Source: Mytilus californianus
Taxonomy: Eukaryota
DNA: 64,000 bases
Direction: 5' to 3'
Assembly: GCF_021869535.1 (NCBI RefSeq)
Contig: NW_026262581.1
Span: 121,086,001-121,150,000, forward strand
Below, piece by piece: positions 1-12,098 of the stretch. The notes below the pieces were generated by a model. That model was not told the origin of the DNA and searched no databases. It was given only the letters and a program-made list of their open reading frames with translations. The stretch's first letter is position 1. Each line of letters begins with the position of its first letter. A program made the position numbers and the translations under genes.

Positions 1-327
1 CAACAAACGTTCTGGCGTTTTTTGTCTCTCTTCAGATGTATCATGGGTCTTAAGTAACTTTCTATTCATGTCATTTCTAAACATTTATTTGCAAAGTTTT
101 CCTAAAAAGAGAAAATACTTTCTTTGCATACCTAATTCTTTTTAATCAAGCATTAACGATTGAATGATTAAGTCAGGAATATATGTGTATATAGACACCA
201 TGCCATGCAACATGTACTATCACATTTCCATGTTCATTAATATATTGACAATGATTGATGAACTGCAAAATCTTGATAAAAACCCTTATTTGACTTTAAA
301 TGCAATAATGTTTGAATTTGAGATTAC

Positions 328-459
328 CTGTCTTTAATACTTTTAAGAGGATATTTATGCAAACACAATCTAGAAATAAAACTGTCCAACATGGCAACAA
401 TCTCAAATAACATCTCTTCATGCTCATGTGGCTCTCTGTGCAGCATCCCAGACACCTGT
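328..459 (-). CDS. Candidate exon of an unidentified gene divergent from IFT25 (ATG at 446; MLHREPHEHEEMLFEIVAMLDSFISRLCLHKYPLKSIKD...)
   Basis: On the - strand: pyrimidine tract plus CAG acceptor (exon start 459 or 455), an open frame with three in-frame ATGs, and donor AG|GTAATC at 327. A perfect AG|GTAAGT donor lies upstream at 884. No homolog recognised, and the next compatible exon is not found in the window. Confidence 0.45.
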
Positions 460-890
460 CTGCAGCAGTGAAATGGGAAAAGTTTGTTAAAAAAAAAAAG
501 AGTTAAGAAATATATTTTAGAAAGAAGTTTAAAATAAATTTATTTAATTATTTAATACAGTGTACATGTATGCACAGTGCTAAACTAACCATAACCTTTA
601 TAAAGTTAAGTAAATATTTTCATCACTTTTAACAGTAATTATTCAAAATTAAGAATGATTGGAAGGGCAGTCAATAATATTTATACATGCATAGATACAT
701 ACATGTAATGTCATGAATGTGTTTGATATTTCATTATTGACATATATGTCTCTGTTGTAGTGTTGACATTAATAATATTTTTGTATTTATTTTTTTTTAA
801 TTATCAAAGCACAAGAGCATCAGAGAGGATAATATTATGCTAAATGTGTCACTCTCTTAAAATAAAGACAGTACAACTACTTACCTAAAA

Positions 891-923
891 CAAGGATTTG
901 TCTAACTACTATACAAATCCTTG
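891..923. mobile_element. 33-bp palindromic transposon remnant with 7-bp TSD CCTAAAA
   Basis: CAAGGATTTGTCTAACTACTATACAAATCCTTG flanked by CCTAAAA at 884-890 and 924-930. Confidence 0.75.
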
Positions 924-964
924 CCTAAAACAAAAAATTTTAGAAGCAAGGGGTCGATTTGGAA

Positions 965-976
965 TTTGGCGGGAAA
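965..976 (+). promoter_or_regulatory. E2F-type site TTTGGCGGGAAA in a putative bidirectional promoter
   Basis: Exact motif in a small CpG-containing patch between IFT25 and the candidate - strand gene. Function is inferred. Confidence 0.4.
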
Positions 977-1269
977 AGTTTCCGAATGGATTTATAAAAG
1001 CCGGTTATCATTTCCGGTAAAGTTCTCTTTAACCACAGCCAAATTACTTTTAATGTTCTAGACACTGCTTTTGTTAATAAACAATATAATTTTTTGTTAA
1101 TACATGAGTCATTTCAGCATAATTGTTCTGTTTTTTATTCATATATTTTATTTTTCAGAATCATTTCCCAGGAGGTCGGATCGGGATGGAAGACTTTGTT
1201 TTGCGATGACAACCATAAATATTCCGAACGGCCCTAACATTCCATCGGTTGTAAATAACAAACTTAAAA

Positions 1270-4200
1270 ATGTTTGATGTTGCATTAAAATCTGCTGGTG
1301 CCCAGGTTGTGTTAGCAACATCTAGTGATGACAAATACCCTCCTGAAAATATCATAGACGGGTAACCTCAATTTTAAACCACTGAGTTCAATGTGCTTAT
1401 AAAGGCTTCATAAAACAGTCCACTGCCGTCACAGCCAATTGTTTCTCTCTCTAAAAATTATACCCTTTACTTTATAACACAAGGTACTTGGGTTTTATAC
1501 GTCATGAAACTATAATTTATTCACGTACAAATGTATGTCCAGCCATGCATCTTCGTGTCTCTTTATTAATTTAAACAGTCTTCTTAATTAAGAACAGCTT
1601 TATATACATGTATATATGCTACTATTAAAGGTGTTGCTGTAGATAAGTAGAAAAACGTCATCTTTGATCTTTACTACAGATAAATGGGTAGTGGGGCTTG
1701 TTGTATACAATCATTTCGACCATTGTTACTGGGTTCTTTTGGATCGGCATCTACTTTCCTGTATCAGCTTCTGATGTCTGACCTGACGGTTCCTTTACAA
1801 TCATCGCAGTCAGCAATGATCTAATATCAGAAACTGGCTGTGGTATTTCTGGTATTTTCATAGAATCTTCACAGACTACCTGTTGAGCAGATGAATATTC
1901 ACATTATTGATGTTATTGCAAGTGTTCCCAGGTTGATCTTGAATCGGTCTAGTACATTTCTTTTGAAGGAAACCTTGAACTTGTTGAAGGCAACGGTTAT
2001 TCCTATATAGTTAGACATCTTCTTTCTCAGAACTTGCTATGCCTTCTTATTCTGCTTTTCCTCTCCAGATAGCTTCCATGTTAAGTTAAGGCAAAACTGT
2101 CTTAGACAATGTCTAATTAATCAGCATTTGTATCTGCCACAATTTATAATACATTTATATTACGACTTCAATAGGAAGGCCTTATAACTGATGAGTGATC
2201 ACTGACTTCAGGTGAACTCATATCACTGGCACAGCTAAAAGTAGAAGTGTACCAATATCCGATAAATTACATAGATCACTGCTTGAAGACATTTTGACAC
2301 TGAGACTATATCTGTCCATTTACCCAGTAATTGACCAGTTTTTTTACTGGTATTTAGAGTCTTGTCCTATCAAATTTTCAATTGACCAGTACATGTATAT
2401 GCCAGTATTCACCTCCGTCCTGATTAATACTAGTATTGACAGGTTTTTTTGGCAACCTTGCTGCTATGATTGTACAATGTTGTACAGAATGTTTCCATCC
2501 ATGAAAAAAAAACACTGGTAAGGTTCAACATGTTCAAGGTGTTGTAAATTGTTAAAATTTTTCAGACTGTTTTTTGTGGGTATGATAAGGGGTTCTGTGT
2601 CAGCCTAATCAGAAAATTGTTTTTTGTGGGTATGATAAGGGGTTCTGTGTCAGCCTAATCAGAAAATTATGGCAGACACAGAACTCTCAAAGGGATTTCC
2701 TTAACACTGATCCTGATCCTACCAGCAAATGACATGACTTGTCTCTTCTGTTATTTATTTTTGTTGCATTGATGTTTTAACACTTTCTGTACTGCTGAAA
2801 ATGGAGGTTGAGGAAATAAAGCTTTGATTTGTGCTACAGGGTAGAGTTGTCATAAATGTGGTCTGTGATTAAAAGATATATATTTTTTGAGACAAATAAA
2901 CAAAGAAACAAATAGTGTATGATTTTTTTCTGTTTGACAATGGATTTGATTATGAAGTTAAAACTTTTCACCTCATCAGCTCAGCAATATCCATTCTATT
3001 TGGACTGAGATTTGATGTCAAATGTCTCCAGCAAGTCCAAAGAGAGTGTCAAAATTCAAAGCAATACATGTATATCACTGTTGGAGATCAGGATCTTACT
3101 CTTACTAAATTAGTTTTGAAAGTGATCATTGTGTTATTATAGACAATATTTAAATGGTAATTTGCATACTAAAGAACTGAAATTTTATTAAAGTGAAATT
3201 CTAAATAAAGTATTTTTGTCTCAAGATGAATACATAATTGTTGTAGTATTTACACTTTTAAAAATCTACAATTGCATACATGTATGGCAAAATGGACCTG
3301 AGTTATAGATTATTCTTCACTGTATAAGAAGCACTACATACAACCTAGGCATTTGAGTCTTTTTATTGTTTTTTTTTTTTTCATTTTAGGGATCAAGAAA
3401 CATTCTGGACAACAACAGGGTTATTTCCACAGGAATTTGTTATAAAATTCACATCAATGATGAACATGTCAAAGGTAGAATTAGCTTCATGTAATGGTAA
3501 GTTTATATAAGTAATGAACAATTATTAGTCAGTTTTTTTTTTTGGATCGAAAGAACAACTGATAAGTTCTAAAGCTTGCTTATGTCAAACTGTAGATTTA
3601 CAGTCACTGGAAAAAAGTACTGGTACTCAATTTGTTTATCAAACTAACAGTTGATATCATTTAATTTGAATTCATTAGAATTTAAATGCAATAGTTTTTC
3701 ATTCTTCTTAGAATTTCTGATACAAGATATTTGTTTGCATGAAAATGTACTCTCAAAGTATTTTAACATGTTATATTGTTTCGATTTTAGTTAGACGGTT
3801 GATTTTGGAGAAAAGTACAGACAGCGAACCATTAAATTTTGAACCAATAAAAGAAATAGGTATGATTGATTCATTAAAGATTTTGATATAAAACTTGTGA
3901 AAGATACAAGAGTGTATACAAACATGTTTTAAATTCAAATTTTGAAAATATCCAAAGATCCATGGACAGGGTAAACTCCACAAACATCCACAACAAGAAC
4001 AACAGGCCAGCAAAAAAGCCATTTACAAACACATGTATATACTTAAAACAACAGAGTTAAAAATAAACGTGTTTACTGAAAGTGTTCTTATGTGAAATTT
4101 AGAGTTTTAGTATAATATAAATAGAAAACTCATAGGCTAAATAGCAATTTTACAAGCCGGGATTGTTAGGCCTATTGGTTAACATTGAACACTGAACAGA

Positions 4201-5223
4201 TAACTCTGAAAAGTTAGTCTTTGGTGATATTTAAAATTTTATTAGATAAGCAATATTTATAGACTTCCTAATCCTCTAAACACATATATGGAAACTAACT
4301 GATCTTTGTTGATCTCTGTTTGTTTTATGATAACATATTAAACATGTAAAATGTCTTGTTTTAAAAGGAAGCAACATTGCATGCATTTCTGATTGTCAAG
4401 ACCAACTTATAGAAACAAAACAATAATGTCATGTAGGTGGATCAAAACAAAGAAAATTATAGTTTAAAGAAATGGGATTATACATGTGAACTTTACTTTT
4501 TAAAAATATCCTTTATTATCAACTTTCAATTTCACATTTTTATGATAGCATTGATAAGAGCAAGGATACATTGAAAAAGGGAAAATAAGTTGAAATTTTA
4601 AAGAAAAAGGGACATCCTTTCCCCAAGTGCCTTTGATTATGATGACAAATTAAAAGAAATCTGGAAGTTAATGATATAAAGGATTCTGTAAAGAATGTTG
4701 CTTTGGGATTTTGTAGGAAATTTTTCTTTTTAACGTACAATAAGACTGAAATATGACATTAAATCAAATGGTAAGAAAACTCCATATAAAATACTTTTAA
4801 ATACTCTTTTACCAGAGTTTGAGTAATGACAGATTACTAAAAAATAAAAAATTAGATTATATCACTGGTAACAGATCTTCAAGGAATGCATGTTGTTACC
4901 TACAAATAGTTTACTATAGTCTTGATCATTAAATGGCAGTGAAGCTGTCTTCTGTGGTGAAATATAAATAAAATTTACTTCAGTTTTCTTGTGAGAAATT
5001 TTTATACAAATCAGTATTTATCCATTCAAGTCTTTACATTATCATGATGCAAAAGGTTTTTTTCCACTTTTCAGAGATGAATTCTCATGATGGGCAACTA
5101 CAGTCAGAAGAAATAAATCTAGGCAATATACAGGCACAACATTTACGTGTTGTAATAGATTCAGCCTATGACCATTTTGCAGCTGTTTATAGACTAAATG
5201 TAGACGGAACTGCAGCACATTGA
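1270..5223 (+). CDS. IFT25: Intraflagellar transport protein 25 (HSPB11); join(1270..1361,3390..3496,3791..3859,5075..5223), 138 aa
   Basis: Manual splicing gives MFDVALKSAGAQVVLATSSDDKYPPENIIDG/GDQETFWTTTGLFPQEFVIKF.../VRRLILEKSTDSEPLNFEPIKEI/EMNSHDGQLQSEEI...HLRVVIDSAYDHFAAVYRLNVDGTAAH*. All introns are GT-AG with compatible phases (417 nt). ATSSD..PPENIIDG, FWTTTG.FPQEF, GQLQ.EEI and SA.DHFA match IFT25 as I recall it. AATAAA at 5376. Confidence 0.95.
2568..2686. repeat. 2 x 50-bp tandem duplication ending in an imperfect hairpin
   Basis: Unit TGTTTTTTGTGGGTATGATAAGGGGTTCTGTGTCAGCCTAATCAGAAAAT is repeated, followed by GGCAGACACAGAACTC, inverted relative to GGGTTCTGTGTCAGCC. Confidence 0.8.
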
Positions 5224-5539
5224 TATGAATTTCTCATTTTGAACTTTAACATTCCGTCCATGATGTAATATTTATGTGTACATAAAAAAATTTATTATAT
5301 ATTTATTGTTGTTCTGGTTTCAGTGGTAATATTTCTTGTTTCAATAAGGAAAGAGAAAATACACATTTTTCATTTAATAAAAAGAATTCAAAAAGACATG
5401 ATACATAATGAACAGACAGTTGCTTTAAAATTGGATAACACATGTTAGTTTTTGTCTTACCTATGACAATTTCCACAGTATGCATCCGTCATAATTATTT
5501 TTGTTTTTTTGTTTTAAGATGAATACATGTAAAAAAGAG

Positions 5540-6627
5540 GCAGGGGGTAAAAATAAGCATTTTTGTAACTTCCAGACATAAATTGTGTGTAAGTGTATGG
5601 ATCTCTCTGACATTGTACCACAAGGTTCCATATCACAAAGGGAATGCTGGGATTGATTTTGGGGGTAATTGTCTCAAAATTTTAGGAATTAGGGGCAAAA
5701 AACAAGCATTTTTCTAGTTTCATGATAATAACTTGTGTGTAAGTGTATGGATCTTTCTGAAATTGTACTACAAGGTTCCATATCACAAAGGGAAAGCTGG
5801 AATTGAGTTTGGGGGTAATTGCCCAAAACGTTTAGGAATAAGGGGCCAAAAAGGAGCCAACAATAAGCATTTTTCTAGTTTCCAGACAATAACTTGTGTT
5901 CAAGTGTATGGATCTCTCTGAAATTGTACTGCAAGGTACCATAGCACAAAGGGAATGCTGGGATTGATTTTGGGGGTAATTGCCTCAAAATTTTAGGAAT
6001 TAGGGACCAAAAAGGGGAAAAAACAAGCATTTTTCTAGTTTCATGACTATAACTTGTGTGTAAGTGTATGGATCTTTATGAAATTGTACTACAAGGTTCC
6101 ATATCACAAAGGGAAAGCTGGGTTTGAGTTTGGGGGTAATCGCCCTAAACATTTAGGAATTTGGGGCCAAAAAGGGGCCTAAAAACAAGCATTTTTCTAG
6201 TTTCCAGACAATAACTTGTGTTCAAGTGTATGGATCTCTCTGAAATTGTACTGCAAGGTACCATACCACAAAGGGAAGGCTGGGATTGAGTTTGGGGGTG
6301 ATGAATCATAAGGGGGTTCAAAAAATTTGGGGGAGGGATTTGTTTTTCCTTTTTTTCCTTTTTTTTTCTTTAAAATTTTCCATTTTAAATTGGTTATTTC
6401 TGATTTATATATAAAAGCAAATAATAATGATATGGTTTGAATAGGTAAATTAAAATTTTTTAAGTTCTTAGACCACATTCATTCTGTGTCAGAAACCTAT
6501 GCTGTGTCAAATATTTAATCAGAATCCAAATTCAGTGCTGTATCAAGCTTGAATGTTGTGTCCTTACTTGCCCCAACTGTTCAGGGTTCGACCTCTGCGG
6601 TAGTATCAAGCTGCGCCCAGCGGAGCA
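5540..6627. mobile_element. HINE/pearl-like non-autonomous element with an internal ~160-bp tandem array (about 5 units)
   Basis: Units start at 5555, 5704, 5865, 6025 and 6187 (AAGCATTTTT...GTGTATGGATC...CACAAAGGGAA..GCTGG). A unique tail ends GCTGCGCCCAGCGGAGCA next to a T-run. Class assigned by architecture. Confidence 0.7.
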
Positions 6628-6639
6628 TTTTATTCCATT

Positions 6640-7090
6640 TGTAAAGGGGCATAACTCTAGAACAGTTTAAGTGACGCCACCAAAATTCAAACTTGATCTG
6701 TGTTTTGTGGTAATAAGCATTGTGTATAAGTTTCATAACATTTGGTTGAGACAAACTAAAGTTGGAGAACGGAAACGAAAAATTCAGCAATTTTCCCATC
6801 TGTGAAGGGCATAACTCGAGAACGGTTAAAGTTACACCACCAAAATTCAAACTTGATCTGTAGTTTGTGGTAATAAGCATTGTGTATAAGTTTCATAACA
6901 TTTGGTTGAGGCAAACTAAAGTAAGAGAACGGAAACAAAACAAATTCAACAATTTTCCCATTTGTGAAGGGGCATTACTCTAGAACGGTTAAAGTGACAC
7001 CACCAAAATTCAAATTGATCTGTATTTTGTATAAGTTTGATAACATTTGGTTGAGGCAAACTTAAGTTAGAGAAGGAAACCAATTTTGGG
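6640..7090. repeat. Tandem array (~3 x 160 bp) of a second HINE core repeat
   Basis: AAGGG(G)CATAACTC.AGAAC.GTTAAAGT.AC.CCACCAAAATTCAAA units near 6645, 6805 and 6967. The reverse complement occurs in 17470-17760. Confidence 0.8.
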
Positions 7091-7585
7091 TCAAAGGTCA
7101 AAGTCAAGGTCAGTATAATGCTTCTGCATCATGTGACAAAGTTTTGTCAATCTAAGTGATGTTTCACACACCAACGTCATCAGCAGAACAGGTAGACACA
7201 TTTTTGTGATATTCCTAGAACAAACTTTTCAAAGCAAAAAAAAAACATGCAAGTCTTGACGTCTTGCTTTGAATTATGAATAAAGGAAATTGAGTTTCAT
7301 CCCAAAAATAAACCAGATGCAACAATTGAACAACAATATAATTATGATTCTTAAAACCAGAATACACCAAAAGTAGAGATTTTGGTGAAAGGAGGATGTA
7401 TGATCAGAACCATTATTCATGTTGCAAAATATCTTTTTAGGGAAAGCTGTAGCTCACATATCGTAATATTAATTAAGGGTCTGTCATTTCACCACTGAAC
7501 ACACAGAAAGACCACTTAAACCTACGGGAAACCATAATATTTTACTATAAACAGCTGATAAAACGATAAAAGATCACCAGTTGCA

Positions 7586-7678
7586 CAGGCACTTACTTGT
7601 CTCTGAAATTTTTATTACCTATATACGTTAGTGTTATATTAAAGTATATAGGTAATTTATTTCAGAGACAAGTGCTTG
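7586..7678. mobile_element. Short fold-back (MITE-like) element
   Basis: CACTTACTTGTCTCTGAAAT...ATTACCTATATAC / GTATATAGGTAAT...ATTTCAGAGACAAGTG. Relatives at 12168-12246 and 12866-12885. Confidence 0.65.
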
Positions 7679-8408
7679 TATATTTTTGGCAGTTTTGTAC
7701 AAAATGCAAGAAGTTTGAAGCCCTAATGTAAATAATGGTGATCTGATGATAATATTCTTATGTCCTGTCACAGTGTGAACATTTAAATGCTGTTATTTGG
7801 CGGATTTAAAATAATTTTTAGTTTTCGAATTCAGGAACCAAAAAGGTGGACTTATCATACCTTCTCCTTTGACAAAATCGTCTGGATTGCAACTAAATTT
7901 AGACGTAGGAAAAAAGCGCAGGCTTCAATGTTATATCGACAAAACATTAACTTAAACGATTTTTTTTTATCATTACATGCGCTCTATGTTTTCAGTCCAA
8001 AAAATCAATGGAAATTGGCCTGTTTTCATTGAATTGTTGTGGAAAATCAGAATGTGGGCTATTTGTGACGTCTTGAAAAAAGACCTATTTCCTATCAAGT
8101 CATTGTTTAGTTATGATTCATTGTTAAATTGGTCCGTAAATCCTAATTTGAAATTTTAGTTAGAAATGGGGACGTAATTAGGGCCTTATCGAACCTAGCT
8201 ACTCCTTTAGTTAAAGTTTTGACTGATTTATGATATATATCATTATCGCTAATGTAAAAACAAAGTTAGCAATATTAATATTACAATCATTGAAATCTAA
8301 GATATGACTGTAAACAAGCAATGATCGAACCAACCGAGAAAGGTACACTGTGAAAGGAGCCAACTTCCTTCGAAAATCGTGTGTCTGAGAGTCTTTCAGG
8401 AAATATAT

Positions 8409-8433
8409 CCCCCCCCCCCCCCCCCCCCCCCCC
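8409..8433. repeat. Poly-C homopolymer (C25)
   Basis: Read directly. Confidence 0.9.
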
Positions 8434-9072
8434 AAAAAAAAAGAATCAGAAGAAAAAGTTCTCTCTTCAGGAAATTTACAAAACTCGGAATCGCAAGAAA
8501 TTGTTCCATATAAAAGCTTGGATCAATATGTTTCCAAATTGTGTTGAAACTTATTAGCTCGTTTTGAAACAATGTGGATTTTGTAGTCTTTCCGGAAATT
8601 ACAAAACTTGGAATCGCAAGAAATTATTCCAGATAAAAGCTTGCAACTGATGCAAGTAACCTTTCGTAAAATAAATATTGTGAGGTAATTCACTATAAAA
8701 CTTGAAATAACCTCCTTTTGAAATTCAAATTGTCCAATGTTTAAAAAATATAGAGTTGCTCGGTACTTTTAAAAATATTGTTGTTCTATATAAACTTCCC
8801 GGAAATTGATCTAAGTCATATTCTTAGCATATGATTTGTTCAATATATAGAAGCTCATCGAGAGTCTTAAAGAAATGTACCAAAATTAGAATCGCAAGAG
8901 CAATTGTATTGTTTTAGCCAGTTTGTCATGCTACCAAGTATGTAATGCTGCGAAATTTATAATTCCATTGATGCAAGAACAATTCGTTATGATACTTCGA
9001 ACATAGCTTTAAAATATTTCCATAGGTTTCCAAAGTAATATCCACTCCCTTTTGATCCCCCAAAGCATACTT

Positions 9073-9208
9073 TTATAGCTGACTATGCGGTATGGGTTTT
9101 ACTCATTGTTGAAGGCCACCTATAGTTGTTAATTTCTGTGTCATAAATTTGGTCTCTTGTGGAGAGTTGTCTCATTGGCAATCATACCACATCTTCTTAG
9201 TTTTATAT
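9073..9208 (+). mobile_element. Interspersed repeat (CTCATTGGCAATCATACCACATC family)
   Basis: The same motif recurs in reverse at ~11685-11764, 19371-19650, 37306-37552, 45771-45855 and 62845-63000. Confidence 0.8.
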
Positions 9209-9641
9209 TTAACTATCCCCACTCTCAATTCTAAAAATGTTGCCAGTATGTACTACCATGGACATGGAATAAGGTTCTATCATTTTTTAAAAACTATAAT
9301 CTAGCCAATCCAGGATTTTGACAAAGGGGGAGGGGGGACAACAAGGCAATGTTAGGAGAGGGCCTTGTAAAAAGTCTGTACACTATAAAAAGTCAGTTAG
9401 TCGGTTGAAATTGAGTCAGTACGTAGTTTCGGTTGAGACGATATCTGAACAAGTTTACACTGGACGGCTACGGACACCAAGGTATGGCAATAGCTCACAT
9501 GTTAAAAATTATGGCAAAAATTATCAAGCACTAGCCTGGAATTTAAAGATGTTATATTTGTTAAATTTAAGAAGAACACATTTTGTAGCTTAAGAGTATA
9601 TCGTAAACACTGAGTTGGATGATACTGTTCTTTTATTTAAT

Positions 9642-9676
9642 CAAGGATTTGTATAGTCTTACTATACAAATCCTTG
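9642..9676. mobile_element. 35-bp palindromic transposon remnant with 7-bp TSD ATTTAAT
   Basis: CAAGGATTTGTATAGTCTTACTATACAAATCCTTG flanked by ATTTAAT at 9635-41 and 9677-83. Same termini as 891-923. A half copy lies at 10843-10866. Confidence 0.8.
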
Positions 9677-11040
9677 ATTTAATCAAGTGATCAAACGATA
9701 ACAATATAAGTCATCCTTAGCTGCCTTATATACGCAGCAACCCTTTATCAAGAATATCGTATGAAATGGGAGATATATATGAGGGTCTGTTATTCAGACC
9801 TTTTTCTCTCTATTCTTTTATTTAGCATGCCCATTATTCTCCATTCTTTATATTTCAGGACCCCATTATTATCAATTCTTTTTTTTTCCCATCAAGTTTT
9901 TTCTATTCTTAATTTTTTAAAGATATTTATTCTGCACTTTTGCCCATACATTATTCTCTGTTCTGTAAACCCTATCCAGACCCTCATAGGTATTCCGTAT
10001 GTATATGCTGCATTAAAATGAAAGAAGTCCAAATAAGTGGAGAACTTCAATTAAAAAGTAAAATCACAAAAATACTGAACTCCGAGGAAAATTCAATCGG
10101 AAAGTCCCTAATCACATGGCAAAATCAAATGACAAAACACATCAAACGAATGGACAACAACTGTCATATTCCTGACTTGGTACAGGCATTTTCAAATGTA
10201 GAAAATGGTGGATTGAATCTGGTTTTATAGCGCTAAACCTCTCACTTGTACGACAGTCTTATCAAATTCCGTTATATTTACAACGATGCGTGAACATCGT
10301 TGTAAATATAACGGAATTTAGTGTTTAAAGTAATTGCAAATGGCTGATATTGTTCAAGCATATTGTTTTTCTTAAATTGTTTAACATTTCACAGCGGTAT
10401 AACATGTTACTTTTATTATTCTTCCCTTAGTTTATTTATTTTGTATTTACATTGTATCATCGATCAAATTTATTTGTTCAGTGTATGTTCACTGGTGTTA
10501 ATATGTCTTTTGATTGAGTAAAACCATTTCAATTGATATTTCATAGTGTGTCTTTCTATGTTGTGATGTTACACTATTGTTTCAGATAAGGGTGAAGGTT
10601 TGGTACCATGCATTAAAACGTTTAAACCCGATGCAATTGTTTGCACCTGTCCTTAGTCAGGAATCTGATGTTCAGTAGTTGTCGTTTGTTGATGTGGTTC
10701 ATAAGTGTTTCTCGTTTCTCGTTTTTTATATAGATTAGACCGTTGGTTTTCCCTTTTGAATGGTTTTACATTAGTAATTTTGGGGGCCCCTTATAGCTTG
10801 CTGTTCGGTATCTTATATCTATTTACTTCTCAATTGGCCATCATAGTAAGACTATACAAATCCTTGGTTTGAATAACTGACCATGATGACCGATTGAGAA
10901 TACCTGGCCCGTGCTTACAAGATTGTCAAAAATTAAAACGTAACCATTTTATCAGATTTTATTAAGTACCATCTGGGAATATATAGATACTACAGATACT
11001 GTTCTACTCTTTATCAGTAAACTAAGTTAGGTGAGATCCT

Positions 11041-11397
11041 GAAGATTCTATTCTACATTGACTAGAGGTATAGGGGGGGGGGGGGTTGAGATCTCACAAA
11101 ACATGTTTAATCCCGCTGCATTTTTGCGCCTGTCCCACGTCAGGAGCCGATGGCCTTTGTTAGTCTTGTATTTTAAAAAAAAATTTAGTTCATTTATATA
11201 TATTGGGGTTTAGTGTGACGACGGTCCATTTTCACTGAACTAGTACACATTTTTGTTTATGGGCCAGCTGAAGCCCGCTTCTGGGTGTCGGATTTTCTCG
11301 CTGTGTTGAAGACCCATTGGTGGCCTTGGGCAGTTTTCTGCTCTTTGGTCGGGTTGTTGTCTCTTTGACACATTCCCCATTTCCATTCTCAATTTTA
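11041..11397 (+). mobile_element. Interspersed repeat (GAAGACCCATTGGTGGCC family)
   Basis: Its 3' ~190 bp recur at ~13290-13472 (CTGAAGCCCGC...GACCCATTGGTGGCC...GACACATTCCC..TTTCCATTCTCAATTTTA). Confidence 0.75.
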
Positions 11398-11854
11398 TGT
11401 TGATATATTATGTCCCAGGTACCGTACTACTAAAAGCCGGAATACAATATTTCAAAGTCAACACCTTTTTGTTGAAAAAAATATGCATCAAAGGACATTA
11501 GTTTTTCAAGTAACCAAACGAAGTAATCCCATCTAAAAGACAATACATACATGATTTTACGTCGTTTTCTTACGAGAAAATATTTATTTGGGTTTAAATT
11601 TTTTGCAAAAAATCTATTTAAAGTGCAGATATTAATAGTCATCTTTAGTCTTCTTACAAAATTGTATAATAATTATTAAAATAAAAAGTTGTGGTATGAC
11701 TGCCAATTGCAATGAGACAACTCTCCACAAGAGACCAAAATGACATAGAAATAAACAACTATGCATGGATCATTACAATTTGGGTACTCACACGGGTGGG
11801 TACTCATCATTACAGAATAGTGGATGGTTTGGAGGTTGGTTCAAACCCATCTTT

Positions 11855-11955
11855 GGGAGACGGATTTATATAAGTTCCTCTTGTTTCCGAATCCCTGTAT
11901 TTCTATTGTACAATTGTAATTTGTGCACTTTTGAAAATAAAATATTGTTTAAACT
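11855..11955 (+). mobile_element. 101-bp 5'-truncated retroposon-like insert with 12-bp TSD AAACCCATCTTT
   Basis: TSD at 11843-54 and 11956-67. Ends AATAAAATATTGTTTAAACT. Absent in the paralog at 17161-17395. Confidence 0.7.
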
Positions 11956-12082
11956 AAACCCATCTTTCTATGATTCAATATGGATCCAAAATTAAATTAG
12001 TGGAACTATATAGTAAACAAAAATACACCTACAAAATAAACACAGAATGGAAAATTTGGTCTGGATCATAAATACACCCAGG

Positions 12083-12098
12083 CTGGGACTAGTCCCAG
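12083..12098. mobile_element. 16-bp perfect palindrome insert with 7-bp TSD ACCCAGG
   Basis: CTGGGACTAGTCCCAG flanked by ACCCAGG at 12076-82 and 12099-105. Absent from the paralogous segment near 17330-17340. Confidence 0.75.

Noticed and set aside
131-263. Minus-strand exon FINHCQYINEHGNVIVH (DUSP-like look)
   Set aside because: Frame incompatible with the upstream exon, ends in a stop, and lacks the HCxxGxxRS motif.
1161-1355. 64-aa minus ORF
   Set aside because: Antisense shadow of IFT25 exon 1.
5733-6938. Several 60-99 aa ORFs
   Set aside because: They lie within HINE tandem arrays.
5555-7090. Regularly spaced repeats suggestive of CRISPR
   Set aside because: Contiguous ~160-bp units without unique spacers, in a eukaryotic context with no cas genes.
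8211-8435. Poly-Gly ORF
   Set aside because: Artefact of the C25 run.
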